64,000 nucleotides of DNA. Source: Amphiscolops sp. MND2022 (lineage: Eukaryota). The position numbers were made by a program, and so were the translations under genes. The stretch covers positions 27,094,001 to 27,158,000 of the forward strand of contig OZ076419.1 in the NCBI GenBank assembly GCA_964187785.1. The letters are read 5' to 3'. The notes beneath the pieces are model-generated. The model saw only the letters and a list, made by a program, of their open reading frames with translations, was not told the DNA's origin and searched no databases. Numbering within the stretch: the stretch's first letter is position 1; every line of letters starts with the position of its first letter. Below, in pieces: positions 1 to 10,955 of the stretch.

Positions 1-262
1 TTCATTTGTTCAACTAATTTTCTGAGAGGCAGGAGATCGTGGGCTCGACTCTCGCACTAAACCACAAATTTTATTATGCTTCCAAAAGTAGAGGCGAGAC
101 CAAAGGATCCATTTTGGTTTTTCGGCACTATGCGACTTTTTTTCGGAAATTTTCGAATTCTATCAAAGGGTCCCCCTTCGAGTTTTCCAATATTTTGCAA
201 CAAAATGTATGTTAATAAATCCAAAAGGGTCCCTCCTTTTACAATTTTTGGCACTATGTGAC
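1..262 (+). mobile_element. Left part of a Helentron-like (HINE/DINE-1-type) repeat copy, split by the Gypsy insertion at 263; continues at 3476-3588
   Basis: Matches the family core at 11140-11270 and 11760-11850 (gggtcccccttcgag, ggcactatgcgac). The sequence resumes at 3476 and ends with the family 3' end gcgccgact-ttagacgttctggtc-ttt. Confidence 0.75.
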
Positions 263-484
263 TGTAGTGTCTTTTGAGAATACGTATAAAAGAGTATGTT
301 GTTCAAAATTCTACTATTCTGTAGCTCGTATCTGTTTCATTATCATCGAGTGATAAACTTCATCTGCACCTATGTGGCAGGCTAGATACATAGCTATAAA
401 CTACATTAATATCAATAGTTGACAATAACAATAACAATAAGGCAGACTAATTAGTTTCTAGTTTGAGTTTGTCTGTCCTCTACA
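263..484 (-). repeat. 3' LTR of Gypsy element 1
   Basis: Direct repeat of 3257-3475; TG...CA termini; PPT adjacent at 485-497. Confidence 0.92.
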
Positions 485-1217
485 TTCCCCCCTCCACTAT
501 TGGCTGATGATTGGCCAATGGGGGTGTTCTGACTTCTGTCGTGACGGTCGTTCCTCCACTGCTCCAGTGTTTGGTGGACGGATAACCGTTCCTGGCAATT
601 TTGTCTGTTCCGATTCGTACTTGGCCGTAACGTCTGAATTTGTGCATTTGACCGGTCTAGAGATCGTCTTCTTTCCCCTCCGGTTGAGCGATTGGTTGAT
701 TCGGTGTTGTTCCCGAATTCGGTCGTTTTACGGTGTTTCCTGTAATCATTGCAAATAGGATTATTATATCATATAATTGGATTGGTTTTTGTCAGTCTCT
801 TTGATCTGCGTAGGGGTTCCTTTTCTTCAATGTCGATTTCAGTACTTGAGCTCAAATTACTTGCTAGGTCTAGATCAGAGTTGTCAAAGTTATCTTCTAA
901 AGTATTCTAATTGGTGTTATTATCAGTAAATACCTTACCCTTTTAGTCTCTGATTAAAAGTTCTTGGTCCGCGCATTTAGCGTCGTCTATGGCACGGTCT
1001 ACTTCCGTGTCCGTCATGTTCGTTGCGGTTATGGTCAGCGGGCCCGGTGCGGTTATTGCTTGTGGAGAGTTTGAATTGGTGCGGTCTCGGATCAGTTTTG
1101 GTCTGCCTCGCCCGAATGTACTCTTTTTGAGTGTTGTGTTGGCAGTTCTGGCGTCTTTGGACGCTCTGTGTCCATTATTGGCGTCTCTGATTCGCTGTCC
1201 GATTCTATCACCGTCGC

Positions 1218-3081
1218 CCGATCTATTCGATCTCCGATTTAAAAACTTCGGATTTGTTTTCGCTATGTCTGTAACTGGCGTTTTCTAATCGGGTTGACAC
1301 TTCTATTAGCTCCTTTTTGTGTTATTCTTTTGATCCTTTGGTTACAATGATGATGTCGTCTAACCACGCTGGGTGATTGTTTTCCAGCGTTTGGTCAATT
1401 TTCTCCTGAAAGATGGTCGGTATGTCCGCTAACCCGTAAAATGCCTTCAGGAACCGGTAATAACCGGTGAAATCACCGCCCGTTACGGCAAAGATGCATA
1501 GGTTTTGGGCTTCTCTGGATAATATCAACTAACCATATGCGTAGTCCAGGTCAAGTTTTGGGGTTCAAATTTCGTCTGCTGCACCATCCGCGATTTTTCT
1601 GGAAATTCTGGAGATTTATTCCTCCATGTTGGGCATTTGTGTTTTTCTTTTAATGGTGATTTTTTTGAGTTTTTGTGAATCCAGTGCAATTTTAACCGAC
1701 TTGTCCTTCCTTTGTTGTATCAACTTTGCATCTTCTTTTAATTGTATTTTTACTTCGAGTCCCTTCACGGTGTGGTTCTCGTTGAAAAGTTTTTTAAATC
1801 TTTTCTTTAGGAGAGTTATGTCCGGATCCTCTGTTACCTGATTTATCTGTGGACCAGTCTCACCGGTGTCCAGTGTTATTCCCAGTTTGTTCATCCAGTC
1901 CAAACTCAGTAGAGGGTTGGTTTTCTTCGTAGTTATCATTACTTCGAGGTCTTTTAGTTTTCCGTATAATTTTACTGATGCGGTTGTTTTTCCCTCGACT
2001 TTGAGCCGGTTGTCATTCACGTCTCTATATTCGGATCCGATTAGCATCAGTGGTGTTATTTTGTTGAACTGTGATTTTGGTATTAAAGTTACCTGTGAAC
2101 CACTGTCTATTATAAATTTGATTGAATGGCTGTTAACCAATGCGGTGAAGGTGAAGAATTCCGGACCGTTCTTTTTGTTTGGCGTGTCGAATGGACCTTT
2201 TGATTTACTGAATGGACTCTGTTTGGTGACCAGTCGTCCTCTTCCGCGCTGCTTGCCTCGTTATCTTGTACATGGTTCACTCTTTCGTTTGTTCTGCAAC
2301 ATTTTGCGTAATGTCCAATCTTTTCACATTTTGCACATTTCTTTCCCCTAGCCTGGCATTCGTGCTGTCTAGACCAGTTGGGTGCTCCGCATCTGTTACA
2401 GTCTAGTTGTTTGACTTTTGTCGGTTCTTTCGACAGTTCTTATGTACTCTTTGTCTTCCTTTTATTGAGGTATCTGATTTTCTTCTCTTCTTCTGTTTCC
2501 GGTGAGTCGTTCAATTTTTCATACATGTACTCATGTATTGCTTCGGTGATTGCCTCTATTGACATATCGCTTTATCTAATTTTCTTTTTGAGGTCATAGT
2601 CATCCGTCGCTTTCCCGATAACGGATAAGAATTTTGATGCTAGGAGTTCTGCTGCGGTTATTGTTTCGAATTCGCAGTTTTTCTCGGCTTCTGATATTCT
2701 TTTCCAGACATCCGCGGCGGACTCTTCGTCTTCCGTTTGAGGTCGAAGAAATTGGCCCTGCTGTCTTGAACATTTCGATCCGGTGTGAAGTGTCGAAACA
2801 ATGTGTATAATTTGTATAGCGGAAGTGAGCTTGATTCTCTCTCTCTCTCTAACCGTTCTGGTCATTTCCGTGATCGCATTTTGTCCGATTGCCCATAGGA
2901 ATATATCCTTTATCTCCATTTCTAATTGATCGCGGTATTGTGGCAGTATTTCTTTGTTTTTCGTCATTTTTGATCTAAGTCCTTGGTCATTTTTGTGTAT
3001 TGCACGAACTTCCGCCACCACATGTTGGCATTGGTATAGTCTTGTTTTTCCAATGTTGGAATGGTAAGTTTCTGTGTACAC
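1218..3081 (-). pseudogene. Degenerate gag-protease-partial RT of Gypsy element 1; RNase H and integrase deleted
   Basis: Gag-like ORF 2572-3081 and a Zn-knuckle region near 2330-2400. Protease motif IIDSGSQVTL (ORF 1616-2140). RT block YGLADIPTIFQEKID...AWLDDIIIVTKG (ORF 1322-1528), continuing past stops to about KSEIE*IG at 1218, then jumping into the low-complexity post-integrase tail. Confidence 0.88.
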
Positions 3082-3256
3082 ATCCGTTCATTGGTTCAGT
3101 TCAGCGTGTCGTTTGGTAGCGGTTGTTCGCCCGAGTGAGTTCCCGCCGACGTCCTGTTGGTGGCTCCGTTCCTTGGAGTGGTGTTTGTACTCTCGTCCGT
3201 TTTTGGAGTTTATGTGATGGTTCTTTAGTAACTCTGTGTTTACTCTGACTGCGCCA

Positions 3257-3475
3257 TGTAGTATCTCTTGAGAATACGTATAAGAGTATGTTGTTTAAAA
3301 TTCAACTATTCTGTAGCTCGTATCTTTTTCATTATCATCGAGTGATAAACTTCATCTGCACTTTTGTGGCAGGCAGGTACATAGCTATAAATTACATTAA
3401 TCTCAATAGTAGACAATAACAATAACAATAAGGCAGACTAATTAGTTTCTAGTTCGAGTTTGTCTGTCCTCTACA
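3257..3475 (-). repeat. 5' LTR of Gypsy element 1
   Basis: Direct repeat of 263-484; PBS immediately inside at 3256-3245. Confidence 0.92.
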
Positions 3476-3588
3476 GCGACATTTTTCGAAAGAAAAAAAT
3501 TCAAAAATTTCAAGTTTTTTTCCAAAATAAGATTTTGCACTTTTTGAGCCTTAGATATAGCGCCGACTTTAGACGTTCTGGTCTTTTT
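3476..3588 (+). mobile_element. 3' part of the HINE-like copy interrupted by Gypsy element 1
   Basis: Continues the family consensus after the TSD; 3' subterminal motif GCGCCGACT at 3560-3568. Confidence 0.75.
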
Positions 3589-4502
3589 GTGAAAAACTGT
3601 GAAATTGTAGTGCTGTTTCACATTAGTAGCGTGGCATTTCCAGCGTGAGTTTTGAGAAAACTCCGTGACAGAAATCCTGCAGTACATTTCTTTGTGGAGT
3701 AATAAAAACATAGCTGGTAGTGCAAATAGTTGCAAAGAAATTCTAGAGATTTTTTCTAGACTAGAAGTTGTTTTTTTCTCGAAACCATTTTTAGGACACC
3801 TACCAACACTACTAGAAAAAATCTAGAGGTTTGTGTGAAGCAACAAAAAACAAAATATTTCCAGGGCTTCATACTAAAGGGAATATGCAAAATCTTGGCA
3901 AGGGTTTCAAGACGTTTTGCGCTGTATCTGAAACTGAAGGAAAAAGTCTCCTTCACAGCTGCTTTAGGAATCGAGCAGCTCGGTCATGACTATGGCGTCC
4001 CATCAGAGATTTGACTTGTCCAATCAAAGGAAACATGTTCTATCAAACCGAGAGGCGATTAGAAAAGTCATTGTGTGACAAGAGAGTTCCAAATTGTTTT
4101 GGTCGAAAAGTAATCAGACAGGTTTTGTTGATTACGCTGTTGAATGATATTTACAGACTCTAGTTTCTATTACCAAGATGCATCATTCTTTGTCGACACA
4201 AAACGTAACTATTATAAGAACTTTTCGTTCTTTTTTCTCAATTTTCTTTTGTTATTTTTCATGTCACGGTATGGCAGTATGACATGTGCACTACGCTTAA
4301 ATATCTGACCTCACTTAACTTTCAATCTAACTTTTAAGAGCTTTCAACATGCTATAAGATGCTTTGCAACTTTGTGTGTGCTGGCGAAGGAACTAGCCCA
4401 TTTTGATATTCCTCATGTCATTGAATCTCAAGAGTTTTTTTGGGTCTCATGACGGTGTTCCAAGTGTTTCTCTTCTCCATAGAAAATTTTGAAAAACCTT
4501 TC

Positions 4503-4717
4503 TGAAGAGAAGATGCCATTCATATGGCTATTTAAGTTCGTCCAGTTCAAAGTACCTGCCACAGAAACACTCTTATCATAAAACATTCAGTGCCGGTGCT
4601 AACTGAGATACAGTTGATTGTGATAGCTACATTGAGTTACATTTTTAGTGTGTTAACTTACTGCTTTAAAGATCCCAATTCTTAATTCAACTTTCGTTTA
4701 CCTATTGGTCTTTTACA
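4503..4717 (+). repeat. 5' LTR of Gypsy element 2
   Basis: Direct repeat of 7804-8018; followed by the PBS. Confidence 0.93.
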
Positions 4718-4736
4718 TGGCGCAGTCAGCAATCTA

Positions 4737-7642
4737 ATGGACAATCAAACAGACCCGAATACTTCGGTACAAACGGCCCAATCGGCCACGAACCAAACGA
4801 TAATGAACCAGGCAACAGCAGACCGAATGGAGAAGAATAAATACAAAATTCCAATCCTATCGGATAGAGAAACCGACCTGACAAAAATAAACCCACGAAT
4901 GGGGTGGGAGCAAATCTCCGAGTACATACATCTTACGTACAATCGAAATCTAGACGAAATGATGAATCAAGGCACTGACCAAATGGACCCTCATACCGTG
5001 CACCACATCAAAGGAGATGTTATCTGGGCACTAGGCCTCAAAGCCAAACACGAAATCATGAGGGGCCAATGGGGCAGAGAACTGAAAGATGTAGACTTAC
5101 CACTTTATGTAGACTTGCTGAAAGATGTAGACTTACTTTATCCCTGCACGAAATGTTTTCCATAGCCGAGCCCAATTTTTTAACATCAAACAAGAAGATT
5201 GGATCCATCAAACATTGGATGAATATTGGAAAAGACTCGTCGACGTTGAAAGAAAATGCGAATTCAACAGAATCACACCAGAAGAAATTATTACGTACAA
5301 ATTCGCATCTACCATCAATGACAAAAAAGCTCGAGATAAATTCATAAAGGGGCCGCTGAAACTCCAAATGGTCCTTGAAACCATCGAACAGGACAACTAC
5401 AACCGCAAATACGGAGATAAAAAACCGAATAGAAAACACAGAAAACTCCCATCTGACAGTTCGTCAAGCGAAGAACAAGTTGCCCACACCCAACCAGCAC
5501 GAAAGCGCAGGATGACAGAAATTGGGAAGAAGAAGGTATCGAACCGCAATTGTCACTTCTGCGGCAAACCAAATTGGTCATTGGAACACATCTGCCCAGC
5601 ACGGCGAGCACAGTGCAACAACTGTAAGAAAATGGAACACTTCGCCAAAGTGTGCAAATCCAAGACCGTCAGCCGGATACAGAAAGAACCATCAACGGAT
5701 AGCAACCCCGAATCATGGCCAGAAGTTGATCATATCCAATCCGTCAACGGTATTAACCGAGTAGACTTTTACAAAGCAATACTATTAGTCCAGGGACAGC
5801 CAATAGAATTCAGTATCGACACTGGCTCTCCGGTAACGAAAATACCGCCGATAATTATGAAAATTAATCCATCAGAAATACACAAAACCACACAATGCTT
5901 TCAAGATGTAAACAAAAACCCAATAAAATTCAAAGGTGAAGCCACGGTAAAAGTGAAAACAGAAAAAAGCAAGGAAACTTTACCCATACTAATCACCAAA
6001 AACAAAAACACCCAACCTTTATTGGGACTGGACTGGTTGGACAAATTAGAAATTGGACTACAAGGAACAAGACGGGAACGTCCCAAGTCGGCGCCATATC
6101 TTAGGCTCGAAAATATTCAAGGAACAACTATTGGAAAAATTTGGAAAAATTTTTTTTTCAAAAAAAAATTTTTGATTTTTTTTTCGAAAAAAAGTATTTT
6201 CTAGGTCGCACAATGCCGAAAAACTCAAAAAGATGCCATTCAGGCTCATTCAACGTTTTCTACAAACCGAAAACTTCAAAAAAAATCAAGGGGGTACCCT
6301 TTGATAAATTTCGAAAATTTTCGAAAAAAGTAGCATAGTGCCGAAAAAAAACCCAATGGGGGGACCCTTTGGTCTCACCTGTACTTTTGGAAGCATTAAA
6401 AAATTTATGGTTTAGTGCGAGAATCGAACCCATGCTCTCCGGCTGGGTCGAAGATGGAAGATGAACAAATATGAAAGATGAACAAAAATTGTAAGAAAAG
6501 TGGGCCACTCAGAGTGAGATTGTCAACTGAAAAAAAAACAAAAAAAACTACTCACTGTAAGAGTCGGGCTTTTTTCCTTAAGGGAAAATGCGCCGACTAA
6601 AAAACAACACGAATATTATCCGACACATTGGAACCGCTGGAAGACGACAGAAGAATATCAACGAATACGAAGATCTATTCAAAAATAATCATACAATCAA
6701 AGATCTGACAATTGATATTCAACTGAAAAAAGACACCAAACCAGTTCAACAAAAGGGACGACCAGTGCCAATACACTTTCGAAAAACAGTCAAACACGAA
6801 CTGGATAAGCTGATTGAAAAAAGACACTTAGAAATGGCAGACTACATTGTCCTCAACGACTCGAAAAAAAGGGCAAGATCGGTAAGCCCGGAATTTAAAC
6901 ATTACCAATTTTTCGAAAAAAAAACAAACCGAATGCTTTGAAATGTAGATTCAAAACTACCAAAATGCTAACGGCGATAAAAGAGACTAAACATACCATA
7001 ACTACATATGAAGGGAAAACAATACACAAAAAACTAGCGTCAAAACCGATAAAATTTCAGTTTTCAAGAAAACCAGAAGAAAAACGGAGACCAACCAACA
7101 AATGCCGTAGATGTGGAAAAGTGTGCCAAGGAGAATTCTGCGATACACACAAAAGAGTGTATGGAATTCCAAAGGGCCAACAAGAACCGTGCAGCAGCCA
7201 CACCTTACCCATGATGCCGCAGAAACGATCTGCTTACGACGACATCTTTACAACTCAAACAGAGACGGACGTACAAGAGCCACAAGCCGTCACAACAACG
7301 ACACAACAGCATGAGGAACAAAGCGCTGCCGCAGAAGAGACCCAGCCAGAGGAAAATATCTCACCGGAAGTGAATACACCGTTGCCAACTACTCCGATCC
7401 AATGTAGTACCAGCCACGGCCCATGCTCGTCACAAAAAGACGAAGGTCAAACTACCCCAATCCGAACAACTGTCACCGCGGAAATACCGGCCGAAACCGT
7501 AAAGGCAAATAAAGAAAAAGGTAAAGCTGACATTAAAGAAATAAAACAAAAAGGTAACAAAGTAACATTCGAACAACCAAATGATCTTCGTAGATCAGAT
7601 AGGATAGGGGGGGCTAAACGGACTGAAAATTGGGTGGGATAG
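4737..7642 (+). pseudogene. Degenerate gag-pro-(RT stub)-tail of Gypsy element 2, interrupted by a HINE-like insertion at 6066-6604
   Basis: Gag ORFs from 4737 and 5215 with Zn knuckles CHFCGKPNWSLEHIC and CNNCKKMEHFAKVC. Protease SIDTGSPVT. RT N-terminus QQKGRPVPIH after the insertion, then a jump near 6840 to a low-complexity tail (ORF 6938-7642). No YxDD, RNase H or integrase present. Confidence 0.88.
6066..6604 (-). mobile_element. Full-length HINE/DINE-1-like non-autonomous element inserted in Gypsy element 2 pol
   Basis: Reverse complement of 11011-11530. On its own strand: T-run, AGTCGGCGC, a partial inverted copy GCCCGACT, then the body, GCGCCGACT, a GACG-ttcc-CGTC hairpin and TTGTT. 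Splits pol between LQG and NTNII at an AA/TT site with no clear TSD. Confidence 0.8.
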
Positions 7643-7803
7643 AATATTATTAAATTGGCCGTTTAGACACATTCTCCAGCCCACTTAGAAGATTCCTCGA
7701 AACTCCCTTTCCAAGACTGAAGAAAGACAACGCCCAAGCCAAACAAGCCGACAAGAAAACCCCCAAAAGCCAAGATTGGTTTCCGTAACTGCAGAGGGGG
7801 AAA

Positions 7804-8018
7804 TGAAGAGAAGATGCCATTCATATGGCTATTTAAGTTCATTCAGTTCAAAGTACCTGCCACAGAAACACTCTTATCATAAAACATTCAGTGCCGGTGC
7901 TAACTGAAATACAGTTGATTGTGATAGCTACATTGAGTTACATTTTTAGTGTGTTAACTTACTGCTTTAAAGATCCCAATTCTTAATTCAACTTTCGTTT
8001 ACCCCTTGGTCTTTTACA
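7804..8018 (+). repeat. 3' LTR of Gypsy element 2
   Basis: Direct repeat of 4503-4717; preceded by the PPT. Confidence 0.93.
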
Positions 8019-8439
8019 CTTTCATCTTTTTGAATGACTACTCCCAGGCTCAATTGAACGCATATGTTTTGCTATTTGATCTTTAGAATTCAGTTTTGAA
8101 ACTAGAAGTTAGTTTTAGTGTGCAAAATATTAAATTTGAATTGGCAAATATAAGTAAATGATTATAAATAAAATGAAGCGAGTTAAGAATACATATATCT
8201 TTTTTCTCAAATTTTTAGTATTATAGGGATTTCAATTTTCCATATTGTTTCATACACTCGCTCCAGTTTTGTGTAGAAAAATATGCAATATACAAAATTT
8301 ATAAAAGGTATTTATAAAGGCTACTAGGTTTTTTAGGGCTCGTGTTTAAATCCCCCTGCTTTCGCAACTGACTCCATCAGCTTCAGTGTCTGTAATGACG
8401 TCATCTTCGATTCGACCACATTCGATGACGTCATCGCGG

Positions 8440-8672
8440 TCAAGGTTCGTTTCCGTCGCAGTTGACGTCATCGTCGGTTATGACGTCATCTTGATCAACA
8501 GAAGCTTTGTCGTCAGCAGTTTCAGAATTGTTAGATTCAAGTTCCAGATCGTCATCATCTCGGGAATCAAAAATGTCTTCAGCGAAGTTCACCAACGGCT
8601 GCTGATTGACTGATAATCCGGATTGGGCGCCCCCTAGCAGGCGGGAGAGTGTGAGCGGTGATAATTGGGTAC
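8440..8672 (-). CDS. Nedx: Nedx-like terminal coding exon 6 (GTQLSPLTLSRLLGG...DDVNCDGNEP*), acidic tail
   Basis: Acceptor ttcaattcag|GT, in frame with ORF 8440-8688; TGA at 8442-8440. Summed CDS is 1584 nt = 527 aa + stop. Confidence 0.72.
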
Positions 8673-8983
8673 CTGAATTGAACAACAATGCTCTTAAATA
8701 GACAACTCGTTGTAAGTAGGTGATTAAAGTTTCAAGAACGCTTCCAATTGTAAATTAGAATGGAAATATTGATGACGTTAATAAAATTGTTAACTCCTAG
8801 TTTTTTTCCTAATTAGGAATTAAAGCAATTAATTGCAATTATTCAAATAATTGATTGGTTAGTTTGAGAAAATTCAATAAATTGATTGGAAAGAAAATAA
8901 TTGATTGGATTACGTGTAATTAATTTTTGAAAGCCCCTGATTGTATTTCATTTCAAAGTAAAAGCTCATTTGTAGCATAATAA

Positions 8984-9718
8984 CCCGGATCCAAATTCAT
9001 AAGTCTTCCATGCGATTCCATGCATGGAACCATATGGTTCCATACGATAATTTCATGCCGTTTCCATGCATGGAATCGCATGGAATCATATGGTTCCATG
9101 CATGGAATCGCATGGAATCATATGGTTCCATGCATGGAATCGCATGGAATCATATGGAAAACGAAGGAAACCACAGTAATAACATCTGAAAATATCGAAA
9201 ACATTACAATAAGATCTGAAACATCAGTAAGAACCTCGAGAATAAGATCTAAAATGACTGAAAGAACCACTGGAACAAGATCTGAGAAAAAAACCGATAT
9301 CACATCAGAAAATGTCGGACTCGGTTTCAAACTGCAAACATAGTTTGCAGAAGCTGAAAACCCAAGTCCTTATACCTAACAGTTTGGAAGCACTCCGATT
9401 TTCCGGTATTATTGTATCGTTTTCCGTTTTCCAGTTCAATTCAAATCAAATCCAGTTGTTTCCGGAAAGTGACACGCTAGTAGAACGAAAATTTGAAATT
9501 TTAAGAATTTCGAATTTTTGCTTTTCGTTTCATACCTTTCCATGCATGGAATCATATGGTTCCATGCACTTCCATGTATGGAATCATATGATTCCATGCG
9601 TGGAATTGCATGGAAGGTCTGTAGGCTATGGTTCCATGCATGAAATCGTATGGAATCACACGGATCATATGCTTCCATGCATGGAATTGCATGGAAGCCT
9701 TATGAATTTGGATCCGGG
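8984..9718. mobile_element. MITE with ~53-bp TIRs (CCCGGATCCAAATTCATAAG...) and palindromic subterminal tandem repeats; probably CMC/EnSpm(CACTA)-type
   Basis: The left end at 8984 and the reverse complement of the right end at 9718 match over ~53 nt with few mismatches. CCC...GGG termini, AA dinucleotide on both flanks, and ~32-nt units ttccatgcatggaatcgcatggaatcatatgg at both ends. Lies in Nedx intron 5. Confidence 0.8.
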
Positions 9719-10007
9719 AAGGTAAAACTTTATAAAGTATAGCCGCTTTTCTTAATGTGTTTCTAAGGAATGTTTCAAACATTTGACCCCTGCAGAGAAT
9801 TTTGATAATTTTTGATATAAATCTATAATAGCTTTGAACAACTTTTTCTGATATCTCAAAAACCAGAAATCTCAAAATCAGAACTGTGACCCTCGTAAAG
9901 CACTCAAACCAGTTGAAATCACATTTTAGTTTATCCATGAAATATAAATTTATAGACAAAATCAGTGGAAAATTCATAAATTCGTGGTCAGACTAAGAGA
10001 ACCGTAC

Positions 10008-10205
10008 CTGCCAGGTTGCCAGACAGAAACGCGGTCAAGGGGTTGGAGGCGGCTGTCATGCCCAGCAGTTGACTCAGCTGTTGCAGCCCTAGGTTGTCTC
10101 CCGGGGCAGGGGGATTGAGTGTCTTGGGCGTGTTCATGACCCCGAAAGAGTTGTTTTGGGCGAACAGAGCGGGGAAGTTGTTGGACGGGAGCATGGCGGC
10201 TGCAG
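10008..10205 (-). CDS. Nedx: Nedx-like exon 5 (AAAAMLPSNNFP...SGNLA)
   Basis: Acceptor ttttttccag|CT, in frame with ORF 9988-10230; donor GCAG|gtacgg (phase 1-1). An unspliced read-through would stop at 9988. Confidence 0.8.
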
Positions 10206-10750
10206 CTGGAAAAAATGCTCTTTTTTTCATTTTTTTATGTCACAATTTTCCGTTAATTTGTGTCAATTACTAACTAAATTGAACGGTAATCGGTCTACAA
10301 CTGGAATTTTTCACAAATTTGTTTTCATGAAGGAAAAAACATAATTCAAAATTAAAAGTCGCGAGGTACACATAGCTGACGAAAGGATTACTCTTAAGTT
10401 GGTTAGATAATTTGGCAAAATAGCTCCGAAAAATCAGTGTTCACGCTGAACATGTACAGCTTTAAACTTCATTCTACCGGAATTCAGATAGAAATTCATA
10501 GCAAATGTGGCTAGTTTTTTTCATGGAAGATATTTAGCTTCACCTCAGACAAATCAAAGACTACGACCTCCGATCGGTTTTAATGACTTAGCGATTTCAT
10601 CATATCCCATCTAAAACTTCAACCGAAATACTGCATAGATCATTCATAACATAACTTTATCAAACAGCGTGACACGAAAAGTAGCTCCTGAGTATGTACA
10701 TACACAAAAAAGAAATAGGTGATCTTAAATTTTGGCAAAATGTATTGTAC

Positions 10751-10878
10751 CTGCCGCCTGCTGGGTGCCTCCGAGTCCATAAACCCCTGGGAAGGGTAAG
10801 GTCACGTGGGGTGGAAGTTGCCAGAATTGTCTGTATGCCAGTTTCATCCGGGATGCGACTTGTTTCTTCCATTTAGTC
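10751..10878 (-). CDS. Nedx: Nedx-like exon 4 ((R)TKWKKQVASRMKLAYRQFW...QQAA), completing the homeodomain
   Basis: Acceptor ttttgcag|GACTAAATGGAAGAAACAA supplies the expected TKWKKQ in phase 2; donor GCAG|gtacaa. Confidence 0.92.
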
Positions 10879-10955
10879 CTGCAAAACATCGAAACTTCTT
10901 AAACGTAATAAATATGCAATAATAGTAATATAATGTAATGCTTCATATTGAGGCA

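Larger units (their letters stand above)
263..3475 (-). mobile_element. Internally deleted Ty3/Gypsy LTR retrotransposon (element 1)
   Basis: Two ~220-bp TGT...ACA LTRs (263-484, 3257-3475), roughly 93% identical by eye. PBS TGGCGCAGTCAG (minus, 3256-3245), PPT GTGGAGGGGGGAA next to 484, and 5-bp TSD GTGAC/GCGAC (258-262 / 3476-3480). Gag, protease and RT remnants lie between. Confidence 0.93.
4503..8018 (+). mobile_element. Internally deleted Ty3/Gypsy LTR retrotransposon (element 2)
   Basis: 215-bp TG...CA LTRs at 4503-4717 and 7804-8018 (about 5 mismatches by eye). Perfect 5-bp TSD CTTTC (4498-4502 / 8019-8023). PBS TGGCGCAGTCAGC at 4718 and PPT GCAGAGGGGGAAA before 7804. Confidence 0.95.

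Noticed and set aside
6938-7642. 234-aa ORF as a host gene
   Set aside because: It is the low-complexity post-integrase tail inside Gypsy element 2, ending just before the PPT and LTR.
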